Shown piece after piece: positions 13,422-27,590 of a stretch of 64,000 nt of DNA (positions are counted from its first letter, which is position 1; each line of letters starts with the position of its first letter). The notes beneath the pieces are model-generated. The model had not been told where the DNA came from, made no database searches, and worked only from the letters and a program-made list of their open reading frames with translations. The DNA is from Callorhinchus milii (lineage: Eukaryota), in contig NW_024704742.1 of the NCBI RefSeq assembly GCF_018977255.1, forward strand, positions 28,894,001-28,958,000. The letters are read 5' to 3'. The position numbers and the translations under genes are program-made.

Positions 13422-15039
13422 AGAGGTGATCTAATCTATTTATGTTCTGGTACATTAGAACTCAGATGAACACTGTCTGTATTCAGCTGACCCTCTGGGT
13501 ACACCACAGTGGTGGTGATGATGTGCAGAATAAAGCCAGGACACGTGGTATATAAACAACAATAATTTATTGCTCCTTTCATGGCACATCTAAGTGCTTT
13601 CCAGAGCAGAGTCCCAGAGCAAAGTGGGAGATAGCCCGAAGACACAATCAAAGAAAGGTTTTAGGAAGAGGTTTTTAAAGCAGAGAAAAAGAACAAGCGG
13701 GAAGAAACAGAATGAGGGAGGAGGAGAAACAAACTAAACCAATACCGAAAGGAGAGGAGCAAGACAATGGTATCACAGAGAGGGATTAATCGATGGAGAG
13801 GAAGGAAATTAATCAGCAGATACAGACAACACAAGGAGGAAAGATGTCAGATCAGAAACAGTTGATGTAAATATAGGAATCAAATCAAAGTGAACATGGC
13901 TGGTGAATGGCTGAGAAGGGGTTAAATTACTATTAATGTGTCAAAATAATCCTCGCAGTAGGACCTTCTCACAAATAGAAGCACAATGCTGTCACACCCA
14001 CACATACAGTATAAATAAAAACAGGGCATAAGAATCAAATTTGAATCTGCATAAATGCCCTAAAAAATATCTGAAGGCATCGTTCATTACAGAGTGATCT
14101 ATAACTGTAATTGCTAATGCGTGCAAATAACACCTAGAGAAGGCATAATTAAGAGAATGTTTTTCAATAAAAGCTAAACCATTAAACATTCATGATTTGC
14201 ACCCTCCTGGGGACTGGCTGGGTTATATGCATTCCTTCATCCCAACTACAAACTCGGAATGTGTGAACTCTGCATTAGAAAGGAAAGGACTAGGCACAAA
14301 ACAGAATCACAAAATCACAAAACAGAATCTTCAAAAATGCCTTAAATGGGAAACCCTACAGATTATTACCTATAGAAAATTTCACATTTGAGCAGTGCAT
14401 TGTTCCCCAAATTATTCAAAGTCACAGGTGATTAATGCCACTCTTTCCACAACTGAATGATCACATTAGCTACATATAGTAGCAAAGGGAAACATGGGCA
14501 TATTCCATTGTTAAAGTGGAAATGAGCTGATTGAAAAAAGAGCAACATTTGGAGTTTGAATAAGTATTCAATAATCTTGTACATTAGTGAGCTGCTGTGT
14601 TGCTAATGCATAACAGTCTATCATGTTACTGCAGCAACTGCACAGATCTGACAAAATGCAAACTGTTCACAACACATAATTAAGCGTAAATCAAAAAAAA
14701 ATTTAAACACAAATCATGGGCTACATAAATATTTGCTCCTCCACAACGTCTACCTGTGAGTTCCTTAAGCTCATATTTTATACACACAGATTATCAAGTC
14801 AATTTTCCACTATTTAATTTATTAAGTGGGGACTCCTTCCAACGCCTGAGAGTACATCATTCACCCCACTGTGACTTGAGAGAACTCCACTGTGAAAGCA
14901 GATTGAGTTGAAGGGATGTTCTGACGTGACAGAATCAGACACTTCTGAATTTCATAATTAAGAAATCTGTTTGGAAATATTGCATAATCAACACTTTTTT
15001 TATTTTAATAACACAAGATCCACTAACTACAAAGTAATA

Positions 15040-16430
15040 TCTAACACTGCTTTTGTTCACCTTCATTTCACTCCCCAGCTCCGTTCCTATCTCACACTGA
15101 ATGCCACAGAAACCCTTAATTGTACCTTTGTTACCTCCCAACCTTGACTTCTGAGAAGGACTCCCTTCCGATCTCCCCAGTTCTACCATCCGTAAACTGT
15201 AGGTGATACAAAGCTCCACCTACCCACCACCTTGGTTCTCCCCTAGGACTTCCCTATCTCTGCGATTTTCTGCTTGCCCCCTCCATCTAGCTAGCTGCAC
15301 ATCCCCCACCTCTCTCAAAACCACCATCAATGGCTGAGCCTTCAGCATCTACACGTTGAACTACACTCTCTGCCCTTGCATCTCCATCTGTCTTTCAATC
15401 CCACCTAAAACAACTCTCTATTCGACTGCGCCTGTGGTCACTTCCCCCCCTGCAAACTTCCCCTCCTCCCTGTTTGGCATTCATCTCTGCTCTGAGATGT
15501 TATTCTAATGAAGGATGCTGGATAAATGGAAGTTGTGATTCTTGTAATAATCCTCCTGAGTTGGAGGGTGGGGAGAGGCAAGCGAGGTCCGCAACTGCCT
15601 CCAAGGTGATGTGTTTGCCAACAAAATAAAAACAGCAGCAACAACTTGAATTTATATAACGCTGGGAGGAATCACAGACCACTTAATAATGCTGGAGCCC
15701 GAGGCCGAGCCAGGGGGAAGGATAAGGGGACCATAGGCGCAGTCGAAGACAAAGTTCTTCAGGGGGGACCTGAAGATGGGGAAGGAGGGAGCAAGGTGAA
15801 GGGGCTGAGGGAGGGAGTTCCAAAGTTTCTGGGTGAAGTGGCTGAAGGCACGGTAGCTGATGGTGGAGCAGAGGATTCAGGGGACATGGAGGAGGCCGGA
15901 CCCAGGAGAGTGGAGGCAGCAGGTACTGCTGTGGGGAGAGAGGTTAGAGAGATAGAGGGGATGCCAAGGAATGGAGAGATTTCAACACCAGAGTGAGGAT
16001 CTTGAAGTCGATCCGCTCTGTGACAGGGAGCCAGTGAAGTTTGGCAAGGACTGGAGTAATCGGGGTATGAAGTTTGGTGTGGGTGAGAATTCGGGCAGTG
16101 GAATTTTGAATGAGCTGGATTTTGTGAATAGTGGAGGAGGGGAAACCAGAAAGGAGGGCATTAGAGGGTCCAGCCGAGAGGTGACTAAGGCAGGGACAAG
16201 GGTTTTGGCAGCTTTTGGGGTGAGGTATTGTCAGAGACGGGCAATGTGACAGTGGTGGAAGAAAGCGGTGCTGGTCAGGGACCGGATGTGGGGGAGGAAG
16301 GATAACTGGGGATCGAACCTGACCCGTAAGTTGCGCATGGGTTCAGTGAGTTTTAAGGACAGGTCGGTTAGGTTGAGGAGGTCAGAACCATGGGACAGAA
16401 GATGTCAACGGGAACCAAAACATATGGCAA
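15040..16430. mobile_element. Two L2 3' fragments, tail-to-tail (15040-15450 +, 15625-16430 -)
   Basis: Degenerate RT C-terminal motifs; C-rich versus G-rich strands; (CAA)n tail at ~15630. Confidence 0.75.
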
Positions 16431-18734
16431 AACCAAAGAAAATGTCGTAATTGAGTCAACCCTCTGTGGTGGTCTCGGTAATCTAGTTCCTGAGCCAAGC
16501 TGGGTCCGCAGTACTCCATGGCGCTGATGATATCAGACCAGCCAGCCTGGTTGACTCATTGATAGGACTTGGAGAGATTCTGCCCCCTTGGCTCCTATTA
16601 ATCTTGCAAGGTAAAGCCCTAATGGGGAGGGTGGGCCGAGGCTGCGGAAAGACAGTGCTTCCAATGGCAAGCTCTGTAATTTTTGTTGGTTAAATTCCAG
16701 TAGTACCCTATCACACATTCTGTGGTTGCCAAGCCTTGGCTCTTGCCAACCTGTGCCTCATATTCTCAGGCTCAGGCATAAGATAGGCAGGATGGTTTCC
16801 TCTGGTAGAGTGTGCAATTCCATTCCAAACAGAGTAAGTTCCGTGTGTAGTTGGGATGCATAGAACTCTCAGTTTGATTTGGATATTGTTAAGCGTGGTG
16901 ATGGGTTAGGTTGATGAAACAAAAATTGTTGTTTTATTGTTCTCATATCAAGGAATGAAACATATTATACCTCATCACTGTTTAGAATAACTGCTGTGCA
17001 ATGGGCAACACATATGAACGGATCCTTATGCTTTCTATTAAGTGTATAATTCTTATAAATGACAAAGATTCATTTGTAGAATGGAAATAAAATGCAGTGC
17101 AGCACTGGTTCTAATCTGGACATTCTGTAATTGTAATTGGTCACAATGTTCAATATAGCAGAGCCAAATTCTTATGTGTGTAATTGAATTTTTTTCAGCT
17201 CAGCAGAGCTATTAGTGCTTGCTTAGTGCAGGAACCAGATGTAAAGTTTAACAACTTTACATTCCCAGATATGTCAGCTGCTTCAAGGATTTACTGGCTC
17301 TTTGTAAATGAGCAGCAATATTGCGCAACATAAATTTTCAAATAATAATAATAATATTGCCTATTACTTCACCTGTTTGTTATTTTCCATTCTCGATTTC
17401 TGCTATGCACAGCACCCATTTTTATTTTGTGCCCTCCTATTGCAGTCTCTGATTCATTGCACAAGTCCAAGGATAGTTAGAATGATTCTCTGGCGTCACA
17501 CATAGTGCGATTAGCAGCAAATCCCTGTGACCACTGGAACCGTAGTCGCATCTGCTTAACCACACCCTCTGCTTACTGTTTGCTGAGACACAGTGCTTTC
17601 TGTATTGTGAAAGATGAAGCAAATTTAAACTAAATTATGCACAGAGTGGAGAATTTCTGTGAAGTTATTGAAGTTAGAGCTTTGTTTCTCTGGAGGTGAG
17701 GTATTGGGTTTTTAAATCATAGAAGGGTTTTAAATAATGAAAGGATTCAATGAGGTTAATATAAACAAAGTTAGTATAAATTTATAATATAAATCAATAA
17801 GGGTAATATAAATCGACTTTTTTCTTTTGTTGATGAATCAATAACAAGGGGTCCAAAACCCCTGATTGTCCAGTGCCCTGCGACGTCTTTCTGATGTGAA
17901 GGGCGTAAGTGTAAGTGTAATTTGTATAAATATATGATGGTCACTAGCAGATCCAAAAGAGTTTAGGAGGAGGTTCTTTACACAGAGAGTGGTGAGAATG
18001 TGGAACTCACTCCCAGAGCAGAAAGCACTTAAGAGGAAATTTGAGGCATACATCTGGGAGAATAGAATTTAAGGGTATAGGACAGGAATGGGAAGATGGG
18101 GATGAGGATTGTTGGAAGCTGCGTGGAATATAAACACCAGCATTGTCTCTTTTGGTGTTGTGCAGTCTATCTAATTCTGCATAAAAACATTGAAAAGTAA
18201 TTTCACTATTTTTTCTGGATAACATAAATATACATCTCCCTCAGAAAAAAATGTTCAGTGCAGTATTTCAAAAGACTAGTAAGAGACCTCTGATGGCTTG
18301 TATTATCAAGATTCCACTCTATTGAATGAGGAATTATTGATTTGCATTATAACTGTGGAGCTACATACTTCCCTCAGTCTTCCTTTTATCTTCCAATTCG
18401 CTTTCGAAACCCAAACGTAAAGCTCCCCTGATAGCTTACAAAGCTGTACAAACCCATACAAACTATAGTTTGTTGGTTTGATTCATAAACTCCATTGAGT
18501 TAGCCAATCTCAGCTGGGATAGCATCAGAATGCCTTATCAGTGTTCTTATGAAATCACTCTGCATTTTTTCCTCCGTTTTTGCTTTCAAAACGTGTCTTG
18601 AAGCTTATCTTTTCAACTGCGCCTTCAGCCACCTTTTTCTTAACCACCCCCCATCTTCCTCCCAGCTCAGGCTCCCACTCTGTTTTTGTAAAATGCTTTG
18701 AAACATTCTTCTATGTGGAAAGCACTATATGAGT

Positions 18735-19010
18735 CTGCAGCCCAGAGTCTTAGCGTTTTGTTTGAAACTCAAGTATCCTTTCTATCCCACATCCATGCCA
18801 TGACCCGCTCTGCCTTCCCCCACCTCAGCAACACGGCCCGGCTTTGCCACTGCCTCTCCCCTCAGGTCACTGAAACCCTCATACACACATTTATTAAATC
18901 TAGGCTCGACTACGCCAACTCACTGCTTGTCAGCCTTCCCAACTCTTCCCTCCACAAGCTGCAGATCATCCAAAACTCTGCAGTTCATGTCCTCTCCCGC
19001 ATCAAGCATC
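18735..19010 (+). mobile_element. L2 fragment
   Basis: [28 protein letters not shown]. Confidence 0.85.
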
Positions 19011-22000
19011 CAGAACACCATCAGAAACACAGAAAGAGTGTGAACACAGTTATTTCCAAGCTGTAATTTCTAATTGCGACTTTAGGATTCAGGCTGTGAA
19101 CATTCCCCTGATATATCCAGGGTTTAAATCACATTGCAGGCCAATAGATATGGTGAACATTTCTTCCCAGCCATGGCCAGAGAAACATGGTGAGCAGCAT
19201 GTTTCACGCCAGGGGAGGTGGGAAGCACAGCTTATTGCTTTGAGTGTCACTGGCAGAGGGAAAATCCATCATGGGGGAGCAGTAGTCAGAAAAGAACTAT
19301 TCTCAGCACAGACTATTGAGCCAATGCTCAAAGCTTGAAACTATTGACTCTAGAGATTTGGCCAATTATTGAAAAAAAATGTAATGATTTTTATATCTCA
19401 CATGGAGTCCTTTGGAGTCTCACTGAAATTTCAAGACTAATTCAGAATCATCAAAATCAGCAAAACTAAATCAGAATCACACTGAGAACCCCACATCCTT
19501 GAGTTCTGCAAATCACAGTTTGACATAGATACATATTTGACCATTCTAGCCTTTTCTAAAAGAATGCCCAGAGGCAAAACAAGACGAATAGATATAAAAG
19601 GAGTATAACCAGATGATGGCTTTTTTTTATCTATCTATTAATATGATTTGCTAACTTTCTGTGTTCCTTCTAATATGCTTGTTCTCTATTCATTTGCATA
19701 TGTTTTTTATGGGCTAATACTTGGAAAATATTGAATGAATTACCTGTATCTTATTTGCTATCCTCATAGTCTTGGGTGATAGTCTAGAGCAGTACTGGGG
19801 CAATACTGGACTATAATAATCTTTGTATTTACGTTTGATAGCACACCTTTCATATCAAGAACATGTCTCAAAGCTTTTCACAGGAATTACTGTAAAGTAT
19901 AGTGACTGTATGCTTTGTAGATGAGTGTGGCAGCCAATTTGCACAGCAATGTCCCGCAAACAGCCAGCCATGTTGACTAGAAATGTTGACCAGCACATGG
20001 GAAGAAACTCCCCTATCATTCCAAATAATGCCATGGGATGTTTAACATCCCATGTAAACAGGTAGAGGGGTTCTTGGTTTAATTCATCCGAAGGTTCTGG
20101 ATCTGACGATTGAGAACATCCGCAGTGTTGCATTGGAGTGTCACCCTAGATTGTGATTTCAAAGTCCTGACATTGGATCCAGACCCACAACCTTTTGATT
20201 CCGAGGAGGGAGTGCTGCTCCCTGAATGGTTGGCATCACCAGATATTGTAGTTCAGAGGAAACATTAAACCATGGTCCGGTTCAGATGAATATTAAAGAT
20301 CCTTGGGCCCTTTTTGAAAGAAGAAAGTTCTTGACTAACAATCCTCCAGATAAATTGGTCAGTCAATCCATGTCTGTGTTTAGGAAATTGCTGGGATAAC
20401 TGACTGCTGTGTTGGTCTACAAAAACAGTCACTATACTTGACAGTAGATAATTCAAGGCGTTTTGAGATGTTTCAACATGATACGGTGCTGCATGAATAC
20501 AAATTCTCCTTCTTCATGATGATGCGACTCTTGAGATTCACACCGCAGTTCAAGTAGTTGCAAAGGTACAAATCTCAAACGTGTTGCAAACAAACAAACT
20601 ATAATACAGCCATACCAACAGGCAGGACTGTACCACACCCCTTACACACACACATACAGACCAGCCCCAAGCCTCCCCAAGCACATATTTCACAAGTTTT
20701 AATATTAAACTACTCTGAGAAATCTTGTTTGCATTCTCTGTACTTATTGTGCAACGGAGGCAATGTTGGAAAAAACGAATCACTCATGTCATACCGACAT
20801 AAATCTGTCAGACTGCCAACACTCAATGGTTTAATTACTATAAGCCACCACTCCTCAACATGTATACTGTGCCTATGTGGAATTATAGCAACCAGTAAAA
20901 GCAGTGATCATTCCTTCCACAAGTACAATCAAATGGTCAGTCAGTGAGTTACCATGGAAACAGGATGCACTCTACCTGATAAGATACTCTCCAGTCATCT
21001 CTAAGCCTTCATTTTATAATGTTAGAAGAAAGCATCTTCCGATGTTATAAAATGAAGCTCTGGATGACCAGCAATGATCTAATGAATTTTATTCCAGCTC
21101 AGATGTCTAAATGATCCAACATTTTGTTAGATCATGCACTAAAGGGATCTGAGCTGTATTACTTTATAGTCAAAAAATCTCTTTACATGAAAAAGTGGGC
21201 AAAAGCATACTTTCTGGAAATGTTAATGAAATTCTGGGGAAGCTCGGCATTTCTGAGCATTGGGTGTGAGAAATACGTATTGTACGTATAAATAAAATTG
21301 CAGCAGTCAATGACGACCCATGTGCAATAATGAGCATTTCACAATTCTGAAGCAGCCTACGAGTAACTTGACCCCATTAACAATCAAAGAATCCCTAAAT
21401 ATAGCCGACGAAGCAATGATCACATACAACGCATTCTCCAATTTGTTTGCAACTAAATACATTTAAAATGACTTTGCTAACGATTATGATAGTTCTTTAC
21501 CAATTCTTTCTAAAGACAAATCTGCAAAAGAAATAGCTGTGCCCAATTATTGTGTCTGAAATCAGTTTTGAAGGTGATCTGGAATTTTATGAGAGTAGAA
21601 CAACTACACAGAAATGTGACTGTCAGCAAATAGATATACTGTACTTAATTTTACATCAAACATTTTACTCAGGAACATTAAGCTTTGCTTAAGTAAAAAG
21701 AGGAGGGATGTTTATGTATGCAACTATGTGGAAGTATGGACAGTTTTGTTATTTATAGTCATCTATTTGCATAATTTATTCCAGGGTGTGGACTGGATAA
21801 TTTGGCAGTGTTGCCTGCAGTGCAAGTTATGGGGATTTGCTGCATTCGATCTCAAATAAAATTTTACTTGAGCTGCACATTGTATAGTCAAAACAATACG
21901 GATTCACTTCACATCTGACCACGTTGCAAACTAGAAAACAATTAATTCCTCTTTCCTGCCTCATCAGGACATTTTTTCTGGTCAAACAGGTAGCTGACAC

Positions 22001-25000
22001 ATGAAATCCTTCACTATTCTTAACCTGAGAAAAGGTAAATATGAATAAGTGCCTTCACTCTTACTCCGAGAAGTTCAGGGAAGATAGGGAGGTACTAGCA
22101 TGTGAAGGAATTTATGGGTGAGGGTGAGGAACTTGAACTTGATCCACTGGGAGCCAGACGGCTTCAGGAAGACTGGGTGATGGGCGTGCGGTGTTTGGTT
22201 CTGGGTGCAGACAGAGGGTTTGAATATGTTGGAATTTATGGATGGTGATTTGTTTTGGTCAGCTGGGTGTCTGAACCACGTGGAAAACCACCATCATCCA
22301 AATCAAACTGAGAATTCCTTGCATCCCACCTAGACATAGAAATTCCAGACATATTTATTGGATTGAAATGCACAATATCTCCCTGGAAGAAAAACATCCT
22401 GCTTACCTAATTCTGGAAAGTATTAGGCGCAGGTTGGCAAGAGCCACGGCTTGGGGACCCCAGAGTGTACATCAAAGTCATCTGCAGATGTTCCTGTTAT
22501 CCCCAAATGTGTTTACACAAAACCACCATAATATTCATCAGTTGCCCAAATCTTCAATATTTAGCCCTAACCTCAGGAGCACAGAAATTGCTGTGTTCCA
22601 AGGGAGTGTTTCTTCATCTTCATTTCTGAATGTATCCTCCAATAGTGCTCTCAAGCAGATATTTATCTAAGTCACTGAGAATTTATCTAGTTTATCTCGT
22701 TCTCCCATCCTTGCCTCGGCATACCACAAAATATACAGTCAATTCACTTTACAGTATATTTTATGAAGAGATTTGAGACATCTCAAAGACGTGATAAGGC
22801 CCTAAATCAAATGCAAGGATTTTTATTATTATTATGGTCAAGCTCATGGAACTCCCCATTCTGTTGCTGATTTCAATCACTGAGTATCAGTATTTCAGTT
22901 CAACCAGAAATGGATCATCAACTTAGCTCAATTTAGGCAGCAGCATGAGGCACCATACAAGTGATAGCTCTGTGATCAAAAGAGTAAAGCAGGGCCATTC
23001 CTCAACATCTAAGATGGTGGCCGAATTGTTTTCAAATTGGGTTTAGGAGCAAACTATTCTGTTAAAATTGTGGGAAAGGGGTTGGCTCAGTTCTACCATC
23101 AGTTTTTTTTTAAGAAAGGATAGAAAAATGTAACAGTTAATGACGGATTCATTGCAAACCTATCATAAATGTCACATTTTTCACCATATTAAGCGCTCCT
23201 GGAAACAACCCCCCCGTTAAGGGCACTATATAAACACGAGTTGTTGTTATTGTAGTTTTGATTCATGTTTACTTCTGCTGGAGGTAGGGTTCCATGGGCT
23301 CGCTCTGGGTCTGCTAGTGAGTATTTTTCCTTATTAAATGATGCCCCTCACAATGATAGGGAAATTGGGAACTGAGATGTATTACACTGGAAAGTGTACT
23401 GTGCTCCTTCAATGCCTAAAACTGCCTCAGTCTAAAGCAATATGTTTTCTCACTGTTTCTCTAGTTTAAATTCCATCTTTTCAACTCATTGTGAATGTAA
23501 AAAAACATTGGGGCACTATCAGTGAGTGGTTGTTGAGTCAGTTCCACATTTATCGGTCCGAGGATGCTAAATGCCTGATGTGCTTCTGAGTTATTGGAGC
23601 TTTATGAAGAGGCTGTGATATCAAAATATATTTATATTTTAAAATATTTAGTGTCACAGTGTGTCAGAGACAGAGGCACTTCACTTGGCTCGGCTATAAA
23701 TTATTTACATATTTTGTTTGCAGAGCTGGTCCTACATTGATTTTCCTACTTTGCTGCTTTGTCGTGCTTGGCAAATTTACAATTCAGTACTTTGATGCTT
23801 CTGCCAAGAGATGACAGCTACAAGGGGGACTGTTTGGAGTGTTGGCTGGGCATGAAGGCACTTCAGGTGACTTTGCATAGTGAACTCCATTCAGGTTACA
23901 CCACACCAGTGAAAATGTTTTCACCTGCAGTTGGCTTTGTAATTGTATTGGTGTTCTACATAAAGTTGCAATTTCCTACTGGGAGTGGTGGAGGTGACTC
24001 AAAAGTTATGAACTTGGCAATGAAATATCGGAAATGAGGTCATGCATCTTTAACATCAATGTGAATAGGCAAAAAGTGCCTCAGTGTAATATCTTATCTG
24101 ATGGGTGGCACTCCCGACAATGCAGCACATCTCTAGCATGGCATTGTGAGTTCAAAGTCCCGACGTGGGGTTTGAATCCACAACCTTCTGACTCAAGAGG
24201 CAAGCATGCTACCAACTGAGCCAGGTTAACACCTATCTTCATGTGGTTTGGTTGGTTTTGTTATAAAGTTTGTTACCATTAATGGCCATTGCATGTTAGA
24301 TTCTGCTTTACTCTCATGAATGTAACCAGCACCTTGTGACGTCCTCCTGACGTGAAAGGCACTATACAAATGGAATTTTGTTGTTGTTGTTATGCAAAAG
24401 GTAGGCAGTGTAGAGCAAAAGCATATTCTAATAATCAAAAGATTTGCAATCTAATATTCCTTTGCATGCATTGAATTCACGATGTGAAATAATCCCCAAA
24501 GGTTCATTCAACCTATTATGAAGACAATTAGAAAGCTGATACTTCAAAAGTTTCTTGTACACTGTAGTTTGATGATATACCATAATGTTTCTGCCAAGTT
24601 ATCTATAAACTTTGTATACTATATAATTTGCAAAGAAAAAGCATCAACATTACACAAATTCACTTTAATCCAGTGGGATTATTAAAACTTGATTATTCTA
24701 GGTAGATATTGTTAATCCTTTTCAAAATCTGAAAATAATTGGATCCGACCCATAACATTTGGGACTGTTGGTGTCTTTAATTCACTTACATTAAATGGGA
24801 AAATGCAACCTGGCATTAATACACAGGGATCCAATACACACACTGTATGCTAACGTTAGCTAATATAAACATTCACGTTCATTATGTTCTACTCTTATGA
24901 TGAGAGTTTTACATCAAGTATGCTATTTTACAATTGCTGCTAAATTGCTGCTAACTGGCACTTGGAAACCAGTCCCATAAATTCACAGGCAGTCCTGCCT

Positions 25001-25179
25001 CACTTATAATGGTTCCCATTAAAATCAAATAAAAATGATAATGAAGCAAACATGGGCTGTTTTAATATATGCAGTGGTGGAGCACCGAATAAAGAGAATG
25101 CTCAATGGTGGGTTTCAAATATGGAATTTATTCTACATGTGACATTTACATTTGTAACTCATTCAATGTGGAATTAATT

Positions 25180-25518
25180 CCCCTATCTCTGCGATCTCCT
25201 AACCCCCTACCAACCTGCCCGCACTCTCCTTTCAGTGGGTTCCAGCCTGCTTCACATCCCCTGTCTCACCCGCCTCACCATTGGTGAGCAGGCCTTCAGC
25301 CACTCTGCCCCCACCTTCCGTCTGCCTCGCTTCCTCTCTTGCCTCCTTCTAGACCCTCCTCTTCGACTGTGCGTTCGGTCACCTTCCTACACCCCGCTTG
25401 CCCTTCACCCTCCTTGATCCCGACCCCCAGCTTGGGTCCGAAACACTGATGTCCAGCACCTTGAGCCATCCTCCTGAGATGAAAGGGGCTATACAAATGT
25501 AATTTTGTTGTTGTTGTT
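25180..25518 (+). mobile_element. L2 3' end
   Basis: QAFSHSAPT, 3' stem-loop and (TTG)n tail. Confidence 0.85.
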
Positions 25519-27209
25519 CACAGTGAAACAGAGCAGGCTCAGGAACAGTCTTGTTGAGGTTTTCAAAATCCTGCAGAGAATCAATTGGCCACATTTTCGA
25601 CCTGCCTTAGAGCTTGTCGGACTTGCCTTTGGGAGTCCAGGAAGAATTTTCCACAGTGGTATTTTCCCTCAAATTGGCAAAGGAGTTATTTGGTTCCCTG
25701 ATGTTTTACCACCCAGAAGGGGGATGGGGAGAGCAGGGGAGAAAGGAATAATCTGGGTGACTGACAACAGAAGAGAAGAATACCTAGGTTTGAGTGGTGT
25801 GGGAGTGGACTCAATGGGTTTCTGTGCCTTTTCCTACTCATTCCTTCTTATGTTTCTTTGTATCTATGACCTTGCTTTCATATTTAAGAGTAAAATGCAC
25901 AACACCTATAATGTATTCCTTGTGATATGAACACCATAATTTCACCTCATAGTCTAATTATTCTGGTCTGTTTAAATTGGTTCCACAATACTGCAAAATA
26001 TTTTTTTCTGGAGGGAAAGGGGGCATGAGACCTTTCACACAATACTAATAAAGGTGAAGCTTTGTGCAGTAGAAGGTGAAGCATTTGGAACAAGTACATT
26101 TCTCTGGTTCTCCCGCGCCCATGATAAACGTCTCAGTATGTCTGATCCTGACAAGGAAGACGAGAGAACTGAATAATGCATGAGATTGCAGAAGGTAGAC
26201 GTTTGTCATTATTATTTAGCGGCAAATAGATACTAACTTTCTCTTCGAAGGAGTTAACAGCCACTGCCAGTCAAATGGGAAAAAAAGCACATCTTTTTAG
26301 AAAATTGTTTTTCTTTAAACCATGCAGATCAAATGATAAAAATAAATTAGTGCTCACAACCAGATATGGGAGGACTGTTCAGAGTATTAAATATAAGCTG
26401 TTTGGAGCCTGAAATTGTGCCTTTAAATTGCTTGTGACTTTGCATAGCTTTTGTCACTTTGCATTACTCAGGTTTTTCTGCTTCACTTTTTTAAATCGCA
26501 TGTTGAAAATACATGTACTGCATAAACAATGTTATAGCTAAATAACTGTTTGTATTCATGCATCCACTGCCTTGATAGACTCATTCTGAATGTCATGCAT
26601 GGATTTGTAGAGGTTATAGTAAATGGGATTCATACAAGCATGTTAAATGTGTCTTGATGTGCACCATTGTAGGGAGATCGCCTGTGTAATCCTGTCTCTA
26701 CATTTAATACACTAATAAGCAGTTTGCAGGCACGGGGCATTACACATGATAACATATGTCACTGCACACTTAAGTTGGTGAATTTGTTATTAAACATTAA
26801 CATGTTAAAACGCACCAAAAGTTCCTCTTTCCCATTATTTGTATTCCGTTTTATTAATGTGGTCTGTATTTCAGTGTTGTGTGTCATGATTCTATAACAA
26901 AACACAGGCAAGTATTCAGTCATAAATATTAAACAGTTGTTTGTCACATTTTTCTCACGAATGTGTGGAGTGCAGCAAATCTATTAATTCTGTTTTCCTT
27001 AACCTCTCCAGTGTGAATACTCTAGGCTATTCCTTTAAAAAAAGCATATTGTAGATATATTTCTATAAATACAATAAAAATAGATGCAAAATTAAAATGA
27101 GTTGGCATGTTAGAGGATATAGTAAAATATGTAAACACTGTCCTCTCACCAATATGTTTTTCACATTATTAGTTTTTTATAGACTTGCATCTGATATGAA
27201 TAATAAATG

Positions 27210-27590
27210 GAGTCCTGTAGCATATTCGTTGGAGCACTTGCCTCACAAGCAAGAGGACCCTGATTTGATTCTCGTGCAGGGCAAAACCTTAGGCAAGTTT
27301 CCTTACTCCACATGCCTCTGTTTACCTAACAGTAAATAGGAACCCAGTTGTTAGTCGATTGGCAGATCGCTTTTGGGGAGTAATAATCCCTTCAAAATGA
27401 ATAAATAATAATTTGGTCACTTAATCCATGACTGTTTCTGGGTCACTGCTTTGTCCAAGTGGCTGTCGAGTTTCACCCACAAAAATATACAGTCAATTCA
27501 CTTTACAGTATATTCTGTGAAGCGCTTTGAGACGTCTCAGTGACATGCTAAGGCCCTATATCAAATGCAAGGATTATTATTATTTATAAT
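27210..27590 (+). mobile_element. tRNA-derived SINE, long subfamily
   Basis: Same head and tail plus the internal segment TGCCTCTGTTTACCTAACAGTAAATAGGAACCC. Confidence 0.9.
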
